DNA of 64,000 bases from an uncultured delta proteobacterium (GTDB taxonomy: Bacteria; Myxococcota; Myxococcia; Myxococcales; Myxococcaceae), in the NCBI GenBank assembly GCA_963796055.1, contig CAWCKH010000004.1, positions 2,880,001 to 2,944,000 of the forward strand, read 5' to 3'. Positions 30,039-40,042 of this stretch are shown piece after piece (the stretch's first letter is position 1; the number at the start of each line of letters is the position of its first letter). The position numbers and the translations under genes were made by a program. Under the pieces are notes generated by a model, which was not told the DNA's origin, did not search any database, and was given only the letters and a program-made list of their open reading frames with translations.

Positions 30039-30917
30039 ATGCCGCCAGCACCAATCGGGACAAACGGAGGTGGGGACGGAAGCGGAGGCGTCGACGAACT
30101 CGAGGACGTGACGCTCGAACACTTCACCGCGAATCCAACCGCGATCGGACCCTTCGACCACAGCGTTCTGTCCTGGCATGTCAATGGGGTCAGGCCGCGG
30201 GTACAGATCCTGCTGAACAACACCCAGGTGACCGCCGTGGGCCAGGCTGTCGTCAATCCGGCAGTGACCGCCAGCTATACCCTGTCAGCCAAATCCGGGG
30301 CTGCCCGCAAGACCCTGGGTCACGTCACCGTGAACGTGGACACATCTACGTGTGACGAGGTGGAACTGATCAACTTGTTGGCTGTCCTGCGACAGCAGGT
30401 CATCCTTGCGATCGCCAACCGCACGGACACCTACTGGTCCAGCAATCTTAACGATTCGAACATCCTTTCGGTAGGGTTGAGCGACGAGCCCCTGCCGCGA
30501 ATCTTTGTCCGAGCGGTTTTCCGCCAGCGCTTGGCGAACTTCCCAGACCCGTGGGTCACACTCGAGCTCTCGTTTGGGCTCGCGATCCAGAATGGACTGT
30601 TTATCGCCGTCGCCCCCTCGTCGAAGGGTACCGTCGAGTTCGACAAGGTGACGTGGTTCCTCGGTGGGATTCTGCTCGGGCTCGCGCTTGCGGTGAGCAA
30701 CGCAAACGAAAGAGCAACAAAGGCGGGCACCGAACTTATAGCCGGACTGCTGCAATACATCAACGTCGTCCAGCTCCATCCGAGTGCTCACAAGGCGCCG
30801 AGATCGGCGGTTGTGACTCACCGCAACGGACAGCCCTTCATCGGATATGTGGAGTGCGCGGTCGGGAAACGCGGGGTGACCGTCATTCTCTCGGACGTTG
30901 GGTCCGCTATGTCATGA
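30039..30917 (+). CDS. Hypothetical protein with Ig-like N-terminal region
   Basis: AGGAGG RBS; FTANPTAI...LSWHV...VNPAVTASYTLSA beta-rich segment; lower GC. Confidence 0.65.
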   Translation: MPPAPIGTNGGGDGSGGVDELEDVTLEHFTANPTAIGPFDHSVLSWHVNGVRPRVQILLNNTQVTAVGQAVVNPAVTASYTLSAKSGAARKTLGHVTVNVDTSTCDEVELINLLAVLRQQVILAIANRTDTYWSSNLNDSNILSVGLSDEPLPRIFVRAVFRQRLANFPDPWVTLELSFGLAIQNGLFIAVAPSSKGTVEFDKVTWFLGGILLGLALAVSNANERATKAGTELIAGLLQYINVVQLHPSAHKAPRSAVVTHRNGQPFIGYVECAVGKRGVTVILSDVGSAMS

Positions 30918-31069
30918 TCCTTTCCGTGGGACCTTCACCGCCTCAGGGTGGCCCTCGTCGTGACTTCCCTCCCAACACTGGACGGTTCTCAGCTTGAGGA
31001 AGACGGGCACCGACGAGCTTCGCGAAGCATTGAGAGCCCAGCGCGCGCCCGAGCTCAGTCTTCGGATGG

Positions 31070-31213
31070 ACGGGAGCGTAATTCGACCTCCAGTGGTAGA
31101 AGGTCGTGTCGCAGACACCGAACTGCCGGCAGACCTCCTTCGGCTTCGCTCCGCCGTCGACCTCCTGGAGCGCTCGACGATCTGCTCCTGCGTGAACTGC
31201 GACTTCCTTTCCA
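31070..31213 (-). pseudogene. IS3-family transposase OrfA remnant
   Basis: MERKSQFTQEQIV then shifted ALQEVDGGAKPKEVCRQFGVCDTTFYHWRSNY, typical OrfA HTH. Confidence 0.75.
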
Positions 31214-31474
31214 TCCCATCCTCGGAGGCCATCATCGAAGGATTCCCGCTTCGGCGGGTCGAGTTTTCGTGGGGCAGGTCACCTGCTGGTGAGGCCGTCA
31301 GCGTGACCATCCGCTCGGCCAGACCTCCTCGAACAGTGGCTGCCGGGTGGGCAGCCAGGACCGGTCAGCCGGGCCGGGAGCTGCGACCGCGGGCGGTCGT
31401 GAGATCGAATCGAGGAGCGGAATTCCGTCAGCTCCGTCGCCAATCCGCTAAGCTGCTTGAGATATTGACGAAAA

Positions 31475-31546
31475 TGACCCTGCCGGGATTCGAACCCGAG
31501 TTTGTGCCGTGAGAGGGCACCGTCCTGACCACTAGACGACAGGGCC
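31475..31546 (-). tRNA. tRNA-Glu (anticodon CTC), CCA not encoded
   Basis: GGCCCTG/CAGGGTC acceptor stem, GTGCC-CTCTCAC-GGCAC anticodon arm, GGTTCGAATCC T-loop. Confidence 0.96.
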
Positions 31547-31571
31547 GTCCTTTGCCGCGGAGCGCGCTTCT

Positions 31572-31976
31572 CTAGCGAGCCTTCCGTCGGACGTCAACGG
31601 AGGCGGGCTGAACGTCGGCGTCGAGCTCCAGCCAGGCATACCCGCAGACCGTGCACACCGCCTTTCGGCCCTCGGGGAAGGTGAGCCCCGTCTTCACCTC
31701 CACCGCATGCCCCTCCGTTGCCGGGCAGCGCGAGCACGGGCTCGACGGCGGACGCACCGGGTAATCCCACTGGTGCGGAGGGAGCCGCAGCACGCGGAAC
31801 CACTCGACGACCAGCGACTCGCTCCAGCCCACGTCCACCTTCCGACCAGCGGGCACGAGCCCCTTCGCCAGGCCGAGCCAGTACACGCGCAGCTCTTCCA
31901 CGTGCCGCTTCATCTCGCGGGCGGCGAAGGTCGTCCCCAGCATCTCGACCATCGCCATGAGCCGGGCCCGGTCCAT
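31572..31976 (-). CDS. Hypothetical protein with C-terminal zinc-ribbon-like CxxC pairs
   Basis: CSRC...CTVC motif. Confidence 0.6.
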   Translation of the reverse strand: MDRARLMAMVEMLGTTFAAREMKRHVEELRVYWLGLAKGLVPAGRKVDVGWSESLVVEWFRVLRLPPHQWDYPVRPPSSPCSRCPATEGHAVEVKTGLTFPEGRKAVCTVCGYAWLELDADVQPASVDVRRKAR

Positions 31977-32054
31977 GACCGGAACATGCGTTCAGTAGAG
32001 GGCAGCCGTCAACGGCCGCGGCAACCCCGCGCCGCTGTTAGGGTCCGCCCCGCC

Positions 32055-34193
32055 ATGGCCGAGACCCGGGTCCATCACCGCGCGTGCAACCTCTGCGAGG
32101 CCATGTGCGGCCTTCGCATCGAGGTGGAAGGCGACGCCATCCGGTCCATCCGCGGCGACCCGGACGACCCGTTCAGCAAGGGGTTCCTCTGCCCGAAGGC
32201 CACCGCGCTGGAGGACGTGCATCTCGACCCGGACCGCCAGAAGCATCCACTCCGCCGCACCGGCGAGGCATGGGCGCGCATCGGCTGGGACGAGGCGCTG
32301 GATGCGGTGGCGGACCGCATCGCCGACATCCAGGCGCGCCACGGGTCCGACGCGGTGGCCATCTACCTCGGCAACCCCAACGTCCACAGCCTCGGCGCGT
32401 TGACCCACGGGGTCCCATTCATCCGCGCGCTCCGGACCCACAACCGCTACTCGGCGACCTCGGTCGATCAGCTGCCGCATCACCTCGCGGCCACCACGAT
32501 GTTCGGGCACATGCTGCTACTGCCCGTCCCCGACATCGACCGGACGGCCTTCTTCCTCGCGCTCGGCGCCAATCCGCTGGCCTCCAACGGCAGCATGATG
32601 ACCGCGCCCGGCATGCCGATTCGGCTCAAGGCGCTGAAGGCCCGCGGCGGACGGCTGGTGGTCGTGGACCCGCGCCGCACCGAGACCGCCGAGGTCGCCG
32701 ACACGCACCTCTTCATCCGTCCCGGGACCGACGCCCTCCTGGTCGCCGCGCTGGTGCGCGCCGTCCTCGAGGAGAAGCTCGAGCGGCCGGGCCGCCTCGC
32801 CGAGTTCATGGACGGGCTCGAGCAGGTCCGTACCGCCGTCGCCCCGTTCGCGCCCGAGCGGGTCACCGGCCCCACCGGCATCTCCGCCGAGCAGATCCGC
32901 ACGCTCGCCCGGGAGTTCGCCCGCGCCGAGTCGGCCGTGGCCTACGGGCGGGTCGGCCTCTCCACCCAGGCCTATGGCGGCGTCGCCCAGTGGCTCCTTC
33001 AAGTTCTCAACGCCATCACCGGCAACCTGGACCGCCCGGGCGGCGCGCTCTTCACCCGGCCCGCGGTGAACCCGATGGGGCTCACCCCGCGAGGCGGATA
33101 TGCGCGCCACCACACCCGGGTCCGCAAGCTGCCATCGTTCGGCGGCGAGTTCCCGGTGGCTGCGCTCGCCGAGGAGATCCTCACCGACGGGCCCGGCCGC
33201 ATCCGTGCGCTGGTCGTGGTCGGCGGCAACCCCGTGCTCTCCTCGCCCAACGGCGCGCAGCTGGAGCGAGCGCTGGGGACGCTGGACTTCATGGTGGCGG
33301 TGGACCCCTACCTCAACGAGACCACCCGCCACGCCCACGTGCTGCTTCCCCCGACCACCGCGCTGGAGCGCGAGCACTACGACGTCGTCTTCCACCTGCT
33401 CGCGGTGCGGAATACCGCCAAGTGGTCGCCGGCGCTGTTCCGCCCTGCGCCCGGGGCGAAGCACGACTGGGAGATTCTCCAGGCGCTCACCCGAAGGCTG
33501 AAGTCACGCGGCTCGAGTCGGCTCCTCCGCCCGATCCGCGCGGTGGTGGATCGCCTCGCCACGCCACGCCGACTCATCGACTTCGCCCTGCGCACCGGCC
33601 CGTACGGCATGCGCTCGCCCCACCGGCTCTCGGTGGGCAAGCTGGAGAGGCACCCGCACGGGCTGGACCTCGGTCCGCTGGAGCCCTCGATGCCCGGGCG
33701 GCTCATGACCCCCGGCAAGCGCATCCAGCTCGCCCCGGAGCTGCTGGTCCGGGACCTGGCCCGGGTCGAGTCCGAGCTGCTCGTCTCCCCGCCCGCGCGG
33801 AACGGTGAGCTGCTGCTCATCGGCCGCCGAGATCTCCGCAGCAACAACTCCTGGATGCACAACAGCCAGCGCCTGGTGAAGGGACCGGAGCGCTGCACCC
33901 TCCTCATGCACCCCGACGACGCCCGAGCACGCGGCCTGAGCACGGGTCAGACGGTCCAGATACGCTCGCGGGTGGGCAGCGTCCCGGTGCGGCTCGAGCT
34001 CACCGACGCGGTGATGCCCGGCGTGGTGAGCCTGCCGCATGGGTGGGGACATGGCCGCCCCGGTGTCCAGCTCAGGGTGGCCTCGACCCACGCCGGTGTG
34101 AGCCTCAACGACCTCACCGACGACCGTGCGGTGGACGCGCTCCTGGGAACGGCGGCCTTCAGCGGCACGCCGGTGCACGTGACGCCGACCTGA
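32055..34193 (+). CDS. Molybdopterin-dependent oxidoreductase with 4Fe-4S cluster
   Basis: CNLCEAMCG...GFLCPK, GANP, VDPRRTETA, IRPGTD, NSWMHN, PHGWGH; no Tat signal. Confidence 0.92.
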   Translation: MAETRVHHRACNLCEAMCGLRIEVEGDAIRSIRGDPDDPFSKGFLCPKATALEDVHLDPDRQKHPLRRTGEAWARIGWDEALDAVADRIADIQARHGSDAVAIYLGNPNVHSLGALTHGVPFIRALRTHNRYSATSVDQLPHHLAATTMFGHMLLLPVPDIDRTAFFLALGANPLASNGSMMTAPGMPIRLKALKARGGRLVVVDPRRTETAEVADTHLFIRPGTDALLVAALVRAVLEEKLERPGRLAEFMDGLEQVRTAVAPFAPERVTGPTGISAEQIRTLAREFARAESAVAYGRVGLSTQAYGGVAQWLLQVLNAITGNLDRPGGALFTRPAVNPMGLTPRGGYARHHTRVRKLPSFGGEFPVAALAEEILTDGPGRIRALVVVGGNPVLSSPNGAQLERALGTLDFMVAVDPYLNETTRHAHVLLPPTTALEREHYDVVFHLLAVRNTAKWSPALFRPAPGAKHDWEILQALTRRLKSRGSSRLLRPIRAVVDRLATPRRLIDFALRTGPYGMRSPHRLSVGKLERHPHGLDLGPLEPSMPGRLMTPGKRIQLAPELLVRDLARVESELLVSPPARNGELLLIGRRDLRSNNSWMHNSQRLVKGPERCTLLMHPDDARARGLSTGQTVQIRSRVGSVPVRLELTDAVMPGVVSLPHGWGHGRPGVQLRVASTHAGVSLNDLTDDRAVDALLGTAAFSGTPVHVTPT

Positions 34194-34205
34194 GCCCGTT
34201 GACCG

Positions 34206-34430
34206 TCAGGCGTCGAAGGGGTGCCAGAACGCGTCGGCCGGTGGCGGCGGCGCGTCGGGTGCGAGCTCTCGCCATGCCTCGGCCTCGGCGGTGTCGGCGG
34301 GCTCGCGCGTCTCGATGAGCCGGAGGCTGCGGGGGTCCCGGAAGCGGGTCGCCCGCACCGGGTGCGGGATGCCTTGCCAGTAGTACACGGGCCCGAGGTT
34401 CTCCATCTCCACCAGGTCTGTGCGCTTCAC
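34206..34430 (-). CDS. Small hypothetical protein (74 aa)
   Basis: AAGGGAG RBS, GTG-KRTDLVEMENLGPVYYWQG...FWHPFDA. Confidence 0.5.
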   Translation of the reverse strand: MKRTDLVEMENLGPVYYWQGIPHPVRATRFRDPRSLRLIETREPADTAEAEAWRELAPDAPPPPADAFWHPFDA

Positions 34431-34516
34431 GGAGCAGCTCCCTTCGCGGCGGGAGATAGCGGGTGAACGTTCCCATGACAATGCCGTGTCGGTCTGACAT
34501 CCGGACGGTCGATGGC

Positions 34517-34831
34517 TCACGCACGGGCCGAGACGGGGGCGTAGACCTCCACTGGCTCGATGCCGAGACTCCGGCCGGCCAGTTGCACCAGGGCCCGGGC
34601 GATGGGGACTCCCCGGTTGGAGGCGTGGCAGGACAGCTCGGGCTCCAGGTCCCGCAGGTCGGACTCCAGCTCCAGGGCGAACGTGAGCAGCCGCGCGATG
34701 GCCTCGGACTTCCGGAGCCCGCTCTCTTCGACCCGTGCCCGGAGGCGCTCCTCCAGCTCCGGGGACAGCCGGACGGTCACGCTCTTGCCTCTGCCGCGGG
34801 GGGCGCGGGGATGGGTGGGGAGCACGGGCAT
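34517..34831 (-). CDS. Ribbon-helix-helix DNA-binding protein
   Basis: GAGGAGG RBS; KSVTVRLSPELEERL...GLRKSEAIARLL. Confidence 0.65.
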   Translation of the reverse strand: MPVLPTHPRAPRGRGKSVTVRLSPELEERLRARVEESGLRKSEAIARLLTFALELESDLRDLEPELSCHASNRGVPIARALVQLAGRSLGIEPVEVYAPVSARA

Positions 34832-34995
34832 GGTTGCCTCCTCGGACCAGGACAGAGGGGAGGTGCGCACGGTCCCCGTGTGCGCCAAGCGCCCTCTCCG
34901 AGTACGGCGTTCTTTCGGGCACTTCTCCGCGGAGGGCTGGGCGCCCAATGTGTTGCGTGTCGCCGGGCGGACCCCGGGCGTCGGAGGTCTGTTGC

Positions 34996-36393
34996 GTGCG
35001 TTGGGCGTGGGGGATGGCGGTGGGGCTGGTGCTGAGCGTGGCCTGCTCGGACACGGTGTGGCTGTCGCGGTCGCATCCAGCGGACGCCGGTCCGGTCACA
35101 GACGCGGGACCAGCGGACGCCGGTTCGGTCACCGACGCGGGACCCGCAGACGCCGGCCCGGGCGATGCCGGGGAGAGCGATGGCGGCCCCGTCGACAGCG
35201 GTGTCCCCGACGGGGGCTGGGCAGGGACGTGGGAGCTGCTCGGGCCGCCGCTCGGCCACGAGGCGCAGGTCTTCCCGGCGATGGCGCTGGACGCCTCGGG
35301 CGCCCCGCTGGTCGCCTATGTCGAGCTGGTCGAGTCTCCCGGCATCGTCGCGACCGAGCTGCACGTGGTGCGGTGGTCCGGGTCGGCGTGGGAGCCTCTC
35401 GGCGGCACGGTGGCCAGCTCGACCCAGCGGCTCCCGTACAGCGCCCCGCTCTGGGTACGGCTTGCCACGCAGCAGAGCGGCCGTCCGGTGCTCGCCTTCG
35501 GCGACTCGGGCCCGGGCGCCACGATCGGCATCTTCCCGCTCCAGACCTGGGCCTTCGATGGCATGTCGTGGCAGCCGCTCCCGGTGCCCCTGACCGCACC
35601 GAACCTGAGCGGCGTCGCCCTGGGCCAGGGCGCCGATGGACAGGTGCGGCTCGCGCTGTCGACGGGCCGGGAGCTCGACGTCTTCGTCCTCGGCGCCGGC
35701 GGATGGGCGACGGCCGTGCCGCCCCTGGTGCATGAGGCTGGGGTGAGCGAGCCCGACCTGGCCCTCGCGCCGGACGGAGCGCCGCTGGTCGCGTTCTCCG
35801 AGGCGGCGTCGCCGGGCAGCTTCGGCACGCTGCACGCGGTTCGCTGGACCGATGGCGGCTGGACGGACCTGGAGTTGCCATCGCCCGTGGCCCAAGGGCT
35901 CCTCTTCCACACCCCACGGGTGGGAGCGCGCAGCGACGGAGGGGTGGTGGTGGCAGCCAGCGAATGGCAATACGACCCGCTCAGCAAGGTCCAGGTCGGG
36001 GTAGCGGTGCCGGTGTTCTCGCTCGGCGACGGAGGCTGGTCGCTCCTGGATGCCGACGGCGCGCCTGGTGGCTCCGCGCTCAGCGAGCCCATCCCCGGCG
36101 CCCCGGTGGGACTGCAGCTCGCGGAGAACGTCCCGGTGGTGGTCTCCACCGGTGCCGATGGCGGCGTGTCCCTCCGCGCCATCCGCCCATCGGGCGGGAC
36201 GGTCATCGCGCCGGTGCTGGGCGGATACGGCGCCGGAACGCTGCTCCTGATGCCGGACGGGACGCCGGTGGTCGGAGCGGTGATGCCGGTGAGCAACGAG
36301 CCGGGGCCCGAACAGGCCGACGGGGGGCAGGTGCAGCTCCTCCACTTCACCGGGGTACCGGCCAGCGCGAGCCGGACCGGACCTGCACGCTGA
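34996..36393 (+). CDS. Putative lipoprotein with DAG-repeat linker and beta-propeller-like body
   Basis: GGAGG RBS; SVAC lipobox; repeated ALxxDG-P-VA..W.G..W blades. Confidence 0.7.
   Translation: MRWAWGMAVGLVLSVACSDTVWLSRSHPADAGPVTDAGPADAGSVTDAGPADAGPGDAGESDGGPVDSGVPDGGWAGTWELLGPPLGHEAQVFPAMALDASGAPLVAYVELVESPGIVATELHVVRWSGSAWEPLGGTVASSTQRLPYSAPLWVRLATQQSGRPVLAFGDSGPGATIGIFPLQTWAFDGMSWQPLPVPLTAPNLSGVALGQGADGQVRLALSTGRELDVFVLGAGGWATAVPPLVHEAGVSEPDLALAPDGAPLVAFSEAASPGSFGTLHAVRWTDGGWTDLELPSPVAQGLLFHTPRVGARSDGGVVVAASEWQYDPLSKVQVGVAVPVFSLGDGGWSLLDADGAPGGSALSEPIPGAPVGLQLAENVPVVVSTGADGGVSLRAIRPSGGTVIAPVLGGYGAGTLLLMPDGTPVVGAVMPVSNEPGPEQADGGQVQLLHFTGVPASASRTGPAR
35080..35172 (+). repeat. 33-bp coding tandem repeat (ADAG(P/S)VTDAGP)
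   Basis: gcggacgccggtccggtcacagacgcgggacca / gcggacgccggttcggtcaccgacgcgggaccc plus a partial third copy. Confidence 0.85.
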
Positions 36394-36561
36394 GCGCCCG
36401 GCCGCTGCCGAAGGTCCGACCGTCCGCCTGTCGACTCCAAGTCCACTCGCATGCGTTCACTCCCGGGCTGAGCTCGCACGCCCGCCTGGCTGCCGTCGGA
36501 ACGGTGTGTTGCGCGGCCAGAGCCGTGCCTGATGGCCAGGTGAGGGTGCGGAGGAGACGAC

Positions 36562-37065
36562 ATGGACATCGGACTTCTGGTGTTGCGACTGGCAGTGGGT
36601 CTGACGATGGCCGCGCACGGCGGTCAGAAGCTGTTCGGGTGGTTCGGCGGGTACGGCCTCGCTGGCACCGGCGGCTTCATGGAGAGCCTCGGGTTCCGCC
36701 CCGGCCGCGTGCATGCCGCGCTGTCGGGCAGCGCAGAGCTCCTGGGCGGGCTGTTGATCGCGCTCGGGCTGTTCACGCAGGTCGGCGCGGCACTGGTGAT
36801 CGCGGTGATGGTGGCCGCCATCGGAAGCGTGCACCTGCCGAAGGGCTTCTTCGTGAGCGACGGTGGCTTCGAGTACAACCTGGTCATCATGGCGGCGGTG
36901 GCCGCGCTGGCCTTCACCGGTCCGGGCGCATACTCGCTCGATGCGGCGGAGGGGCTCGCCGTCTCGGGCTGGCTCCCGGGCGTGATCGCCGTGGGCGCCG
37001 GGCTGGTGCTCGGCAGCGGTGCGCTGGCAGCCCGCCGCACGGCGCCCGTCGCGCGGCAGGGTTGA
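36562..37065 (+). CDS. DoxX-family membrane protein
   Basis: LRLAVG..AHGGQKLFGWFGG, GGFEYNL. Confidence 0.9.
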   Translation: MDIGLLVLRLAVGLTMAAHGGQKLFGWFGGYGLAGTGGFMESLGFRPGRVHAALSGSAELLGGLLIALGLFTQVGAALVIAVMVAAIGSVHLPKGFFVSDGGFEYNLVIMAAVAALAFTGPGAYSLDAAEGLAVSGWLPGVIAVGAGLVLGSGALAARRTAPVARQG

Positions 37066-37311
37066 GCCGCCGAGGCCGGCGCGGGGCGGTTGGATGCCCG
37101 AGACGCCCGGCCGGGCCGGCGGGCGCCCGCACATCTCCTCGGAATGTGCGGAGTTTCCACCGTGGCGGGGGACGCAACACGCGCCCTCCGGTTCACCGCC
37201 CGCGCCACACCCGCGATCTCCAAGGTTTCGAAATCACTCGGACCGGGACCTGGTTCGCCCGGTGCATCCCTCCCGACCGCCGCGTGATGTCGGCGCGAAG
37301 GAGCCACAGCA

Positions 37312-37503
37312 ATGCAGGTCACCGGGTCCGTCTCTCCCTCATCCCCTCAGCGTGGCGGCGACGTCCTTTCCCGCCTTCTCCGGGCCTTCCGGAGCCTGGC
37401 CGTGGCCGGGCGGCCGGCGATGCGCTGGGCCGAGATGAGGCCGATCGATTTCGAGGGCGAGGACACGAGCCTCACGCAGGAGCAACTCGACGTCCTCCGC
37501 TGA
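37312..37503 (+). CDS. Small protein A (63 aa) with WAEMxPIDFEGEDTSLT motif
   Basis: AAGGAG RBS; motif shared with the downstream paralog. Confidence 0.55.
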   Translation: MQVTGSVSPSSPQRGGDVLSRLLRAFRSLAVAGRPAMRWAEMRPIDFEGEDTSLTQEQLDVLR

Positions 37504-37588
37504 CGGGGCGGGGCACCGGACACGGGCGTCAGCGGCGCAACGCAACCCGTGTCCGGTGTCCTGAGCTTAGGTCCCCGGAGTCGTACCG

Positions 37589-37775
37589 ATGCCGAGCTTG
37601 AACCCTGCGCGGTCCTCGTCGTGGCGCACCCGCGCACGCGATTCTGCTGTTCCGCCTCGTCCGCCGATCGGCGCGCGAGCCAGGAAGGTTCGTCGTCTGG
37701 GCGGAGATGAAGCCCATCGACTTCGAGGGCGAGGACACGAGCCTCACCGAGACGGATCTTCGACGCCTGAAGTGA
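37589..37775 (+). CDS. Small protein B, paralog of A (needs a +1 frameshift near 37635)
   Basis: GGAG RBS and ATG 37589; frame from 37641 reads ILLFRLVRR...WAEMKPIDFEGEDTSLTETDLRRLK. Confidence 0.45.
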
Positions 37776-37848
37776 GCATCGGCCCCCGGCGCGCCCTGGC
37801 GCGACCGGGTCCTCGTCGCTAGCGTGAGCAGCTGGAGGGACGACCATC

Positions 37849-38382
37849 GTGCTCCATCTCGCCCGTTCGACCTTCGCCACCGTCCTCGTCGCCACGGCCA
37901 CGGCGGCCATCGCCCAGGAGCCCGATGCGCAGGGGGTGCAGCAGAAGGTCGTCGAGCTCCGCGACGTCAAGGGCAAGACCGTGGGGACGGTGAGGCTGCT
38001 GGAGGCTCCGCACGGGTTGCTCGTTCACGGTGCGCTCACCGGGGTTCCCCCTGGCACCCACGCCATTCATTTCCACGAGACCGGGAAGTGCGAACCTCCG
38101 TTCAAGACCGCCGGAGGGCACTTCAATCCGGAGAAGAAGGCGCACGGCGTGCTCGATCCGGGCGGGAGCCACGCGGGGGACTTGCCCAACCTGGTCGTTC
38201 CGGTGAGCGGCAAGCTCGAGTTCGAGCTCTTCGCGCCTGGGCTCACCCTGGGCGCGGGTCCCGAGAGCGTCCTCGACCCGGACGGCACGGCGCTGGTGAT
38301 CCACGCCAAGGCGGACGACTACCGGACCCAGCCGGCGGGCGATTCCGGGGACCGCATCGCCTGCGGCGTCATCCCCCGCTGA
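37849..38382 (+). CDS. sodC: Cu/Zn superoxide dismutase, exported
   Basis: Signal peptide; [36 protein letters not shown]. Confidence 0.93.
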   Translation: MLHLARSTFATVLVATATAAIAQEPDAQGVQQKVVELRDVKGKTVGTVRLLEAPHGLLVHGALTGVPPGTHAIHFHETGKCEPPFKTAGGHFNPEKKAHGVLDPGGSHAGDLPNLVVPVSGKLEFELFAPGLTLGAGPESVLDPDGTALVIHAKADDYRTQPAGDSGDRIACGVIPR

Positions 38383-38456
38383 TGCGCGGGGCTCGCGACC
38401 TCGCGAACGATGGGCTTGCGCGCCAGGGCGTTGCCTCGCACGATGCCCGGTCGTTC

Positions 38457-39179
38457 ATGACCACGACTCAGGGCGACGAGCTGAAGCGGGTCGCGGCCGA
38501 GGCTGCGGCGCAGCGGGTGACCTCGGGCATGGTGGTGGGCCTGGGGACGGGCTCGACGGCGATCCATGCCGTCCCCTTCCTCGCTCGACGCCTGCGTGCC
38601 GGCGAGCTCCGCGACATCCGTGGCGTCCCCACCTCGTACCAGTCCACCATGCTGGCCCGCGAGCTGGGCATCCCCCTGGTGGGGCTGGAGGAGATCGAGC
38701 GCATCGACCTCGCCATCGACGGCGCAGACGAGGTGGGTCCCGACCTGACGCTCATCAAGGGCGGCGGCGCGGCGCAGACGCGGGAGAAGATCATCGCCGC
38801 CCTCGCCGATGACTTCAGCGTCGTGGTCGACGAGACCAAGCTGGTCGATCGCCTCGGGTCGCGTTACCCGGTCCCGGTCGAGGTCCTTCCCTTCGCCGTC
38901 GCTCCGGTCTCCCGGGCCATCGCGCGGCTCGGGGGAGAGCCCACCGTGCGAATGGCGGTGAGAAAGGCGGGTCCGGTGGTCACCGACCAGGGGAATCTGG
39001 TGATCGACGTCCGGTTCGCCGCCATCCCCGACCCGGCGAGGCTGGAACGGGAGCTGAGGATGATTCCCGGCACGCTGGAGAACGGGCTCTTCGTCGGGCT
39101 GACCCGGCGGGTGTTCGTCGCCAGCCTGGTTCAAGGCGTTCCGACGGTGCGGGAGATCCTGCCGGGAGGAAGGTCGTAG
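38457..39179 (+). CDS. rpiA: Ribose-5-phosphate isomerase A
   Basis: GLGTGST, DGADEV, IKGGG, REK, TDQGN. Confidence 0.96.
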   Translation: MTTTQGDELKRVAAEAAAQRVTSGMVVGLGTGSTAIHAVPFLARRLRAGELRDIRGVPTSYQSTMLARELGIPLVGLEEIERIDLAIDGADEVGPDLTLIKGGGAAQTREKIIAALADDFSVVVDETKLVDRLGSRYPVPVEVLPFAVAPVSRAIARLGGEPTVRMAVRKAGPVVTDQGNLVIDVRFAAIPDPARLERELRMIPGTLENGLFVGLTRRVFVASLVQGVPTVREILPGGRS

Positions 39180-39271
39180 CTCGCCGGCGCTGACTGCGGC
39201 CGCCCGGACCTCGCCGACTGCAGCCCACCTAACGACACCTTGACCCGGACCTCGACTGCGGCCGCCCTGAC

Positions 39272-40042
39272 CTAGAGGCTGGTGGAAACCTGCCGGCGCA
39301 CCTCATCGGCGAGCGGGTGGAGGACTTCCGGCGGGGCCGGCCCGACCAGGCTGTAGCCGACTCCCTTGTCCGCCCAGGTGAAGCCCCGGACCGACCCATG
39401 CGAATGCGGCGCCATCGGCGCGTTCTCGCCGACCGCCATCGGGCGGCTGAGGAGGACCAGGCGCACGCCGTGATCGTCGTCGTACATGAAGAGCACGGCC
39501 GGGCCATGAGACGTCGCCACCACCCGTCCCCCCATGAAGCGATATCCCGACGCGGAGAGGTCCGGGACCGTGACGTGACGTCCTACCCGTTCTGAAGCCC
39601 ACTGAACCAGCGCCGGTTGATCATTGGCGCGAAGCTCGACGGGCCGGATGCGATCGGGTGCATAGACCTCGTAGCTGTCGGTCGCTTCGCGGGCGAGCGC
39701 GACGATCCCTCTGCGTCCCGGCTCCGTCGTCGCGTGGAGGGACCAGCCACCTGCGCCTCCGATGCACACCAGCACAGCGGCGGCAGCGGCCATCCGCCAC
39801 ACGGGCGAGCGACGCCGTGCCTCGATCATCCGGGGGAGATAGAGCTCGGGAGGCAGGGGTTCCTCGGCGATTGGCCTCAGGGCCGCTCGCAGCGCCTCTC
39901 GCTGCGCCCGGTACCCCTCGATGCGCTTGGCCTCCTCCGGGTGCGCCAGGAGATAGTCGGACACCGCAACTCGCCGGGCAGGATCGAGCGCGTCGTCGAC
40001 GAAGGCGTGGAGTTCATCTTCGGTGATGGGACGAGAGCTCAT
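39272..40042 (-). CDS. Transmembrane anti-sigma factor (orphan)
   Basis: ITEDELHAFVDDAL, single TM, VPDLSASGYRFMGGRV, VLFMYDD. Confidence 0.85.
   Translation of the reverse strand: MSSRPITEDELHAFVDDALDPARRVAVSDYLLAHPEEAKRIEGYRAQREALRAALRPIAEEPLPPELYLPRMIEARRRSPVWRMAAAAAVLVCIGGAGGWSLHATTEPGRRGIVALAREATDSYEVYAPDRIRPVELRANDQPALVQWASERVGRHVTVPDLSASGYRFMGGRVVATSHGPAVLFMYDDDHGVRLVLLSRPMAVGENAPMAPHSHGSVRGFTWADKGVGYSLVGPAPPEVLHPLADEVRRQVSTSL

Noticed and set aside
32055..34193. Molybdoenzyme as electron donor to the Ehr complex
   Set aside because: Separated by an island and a tRNA; no sequence evidence of coupling
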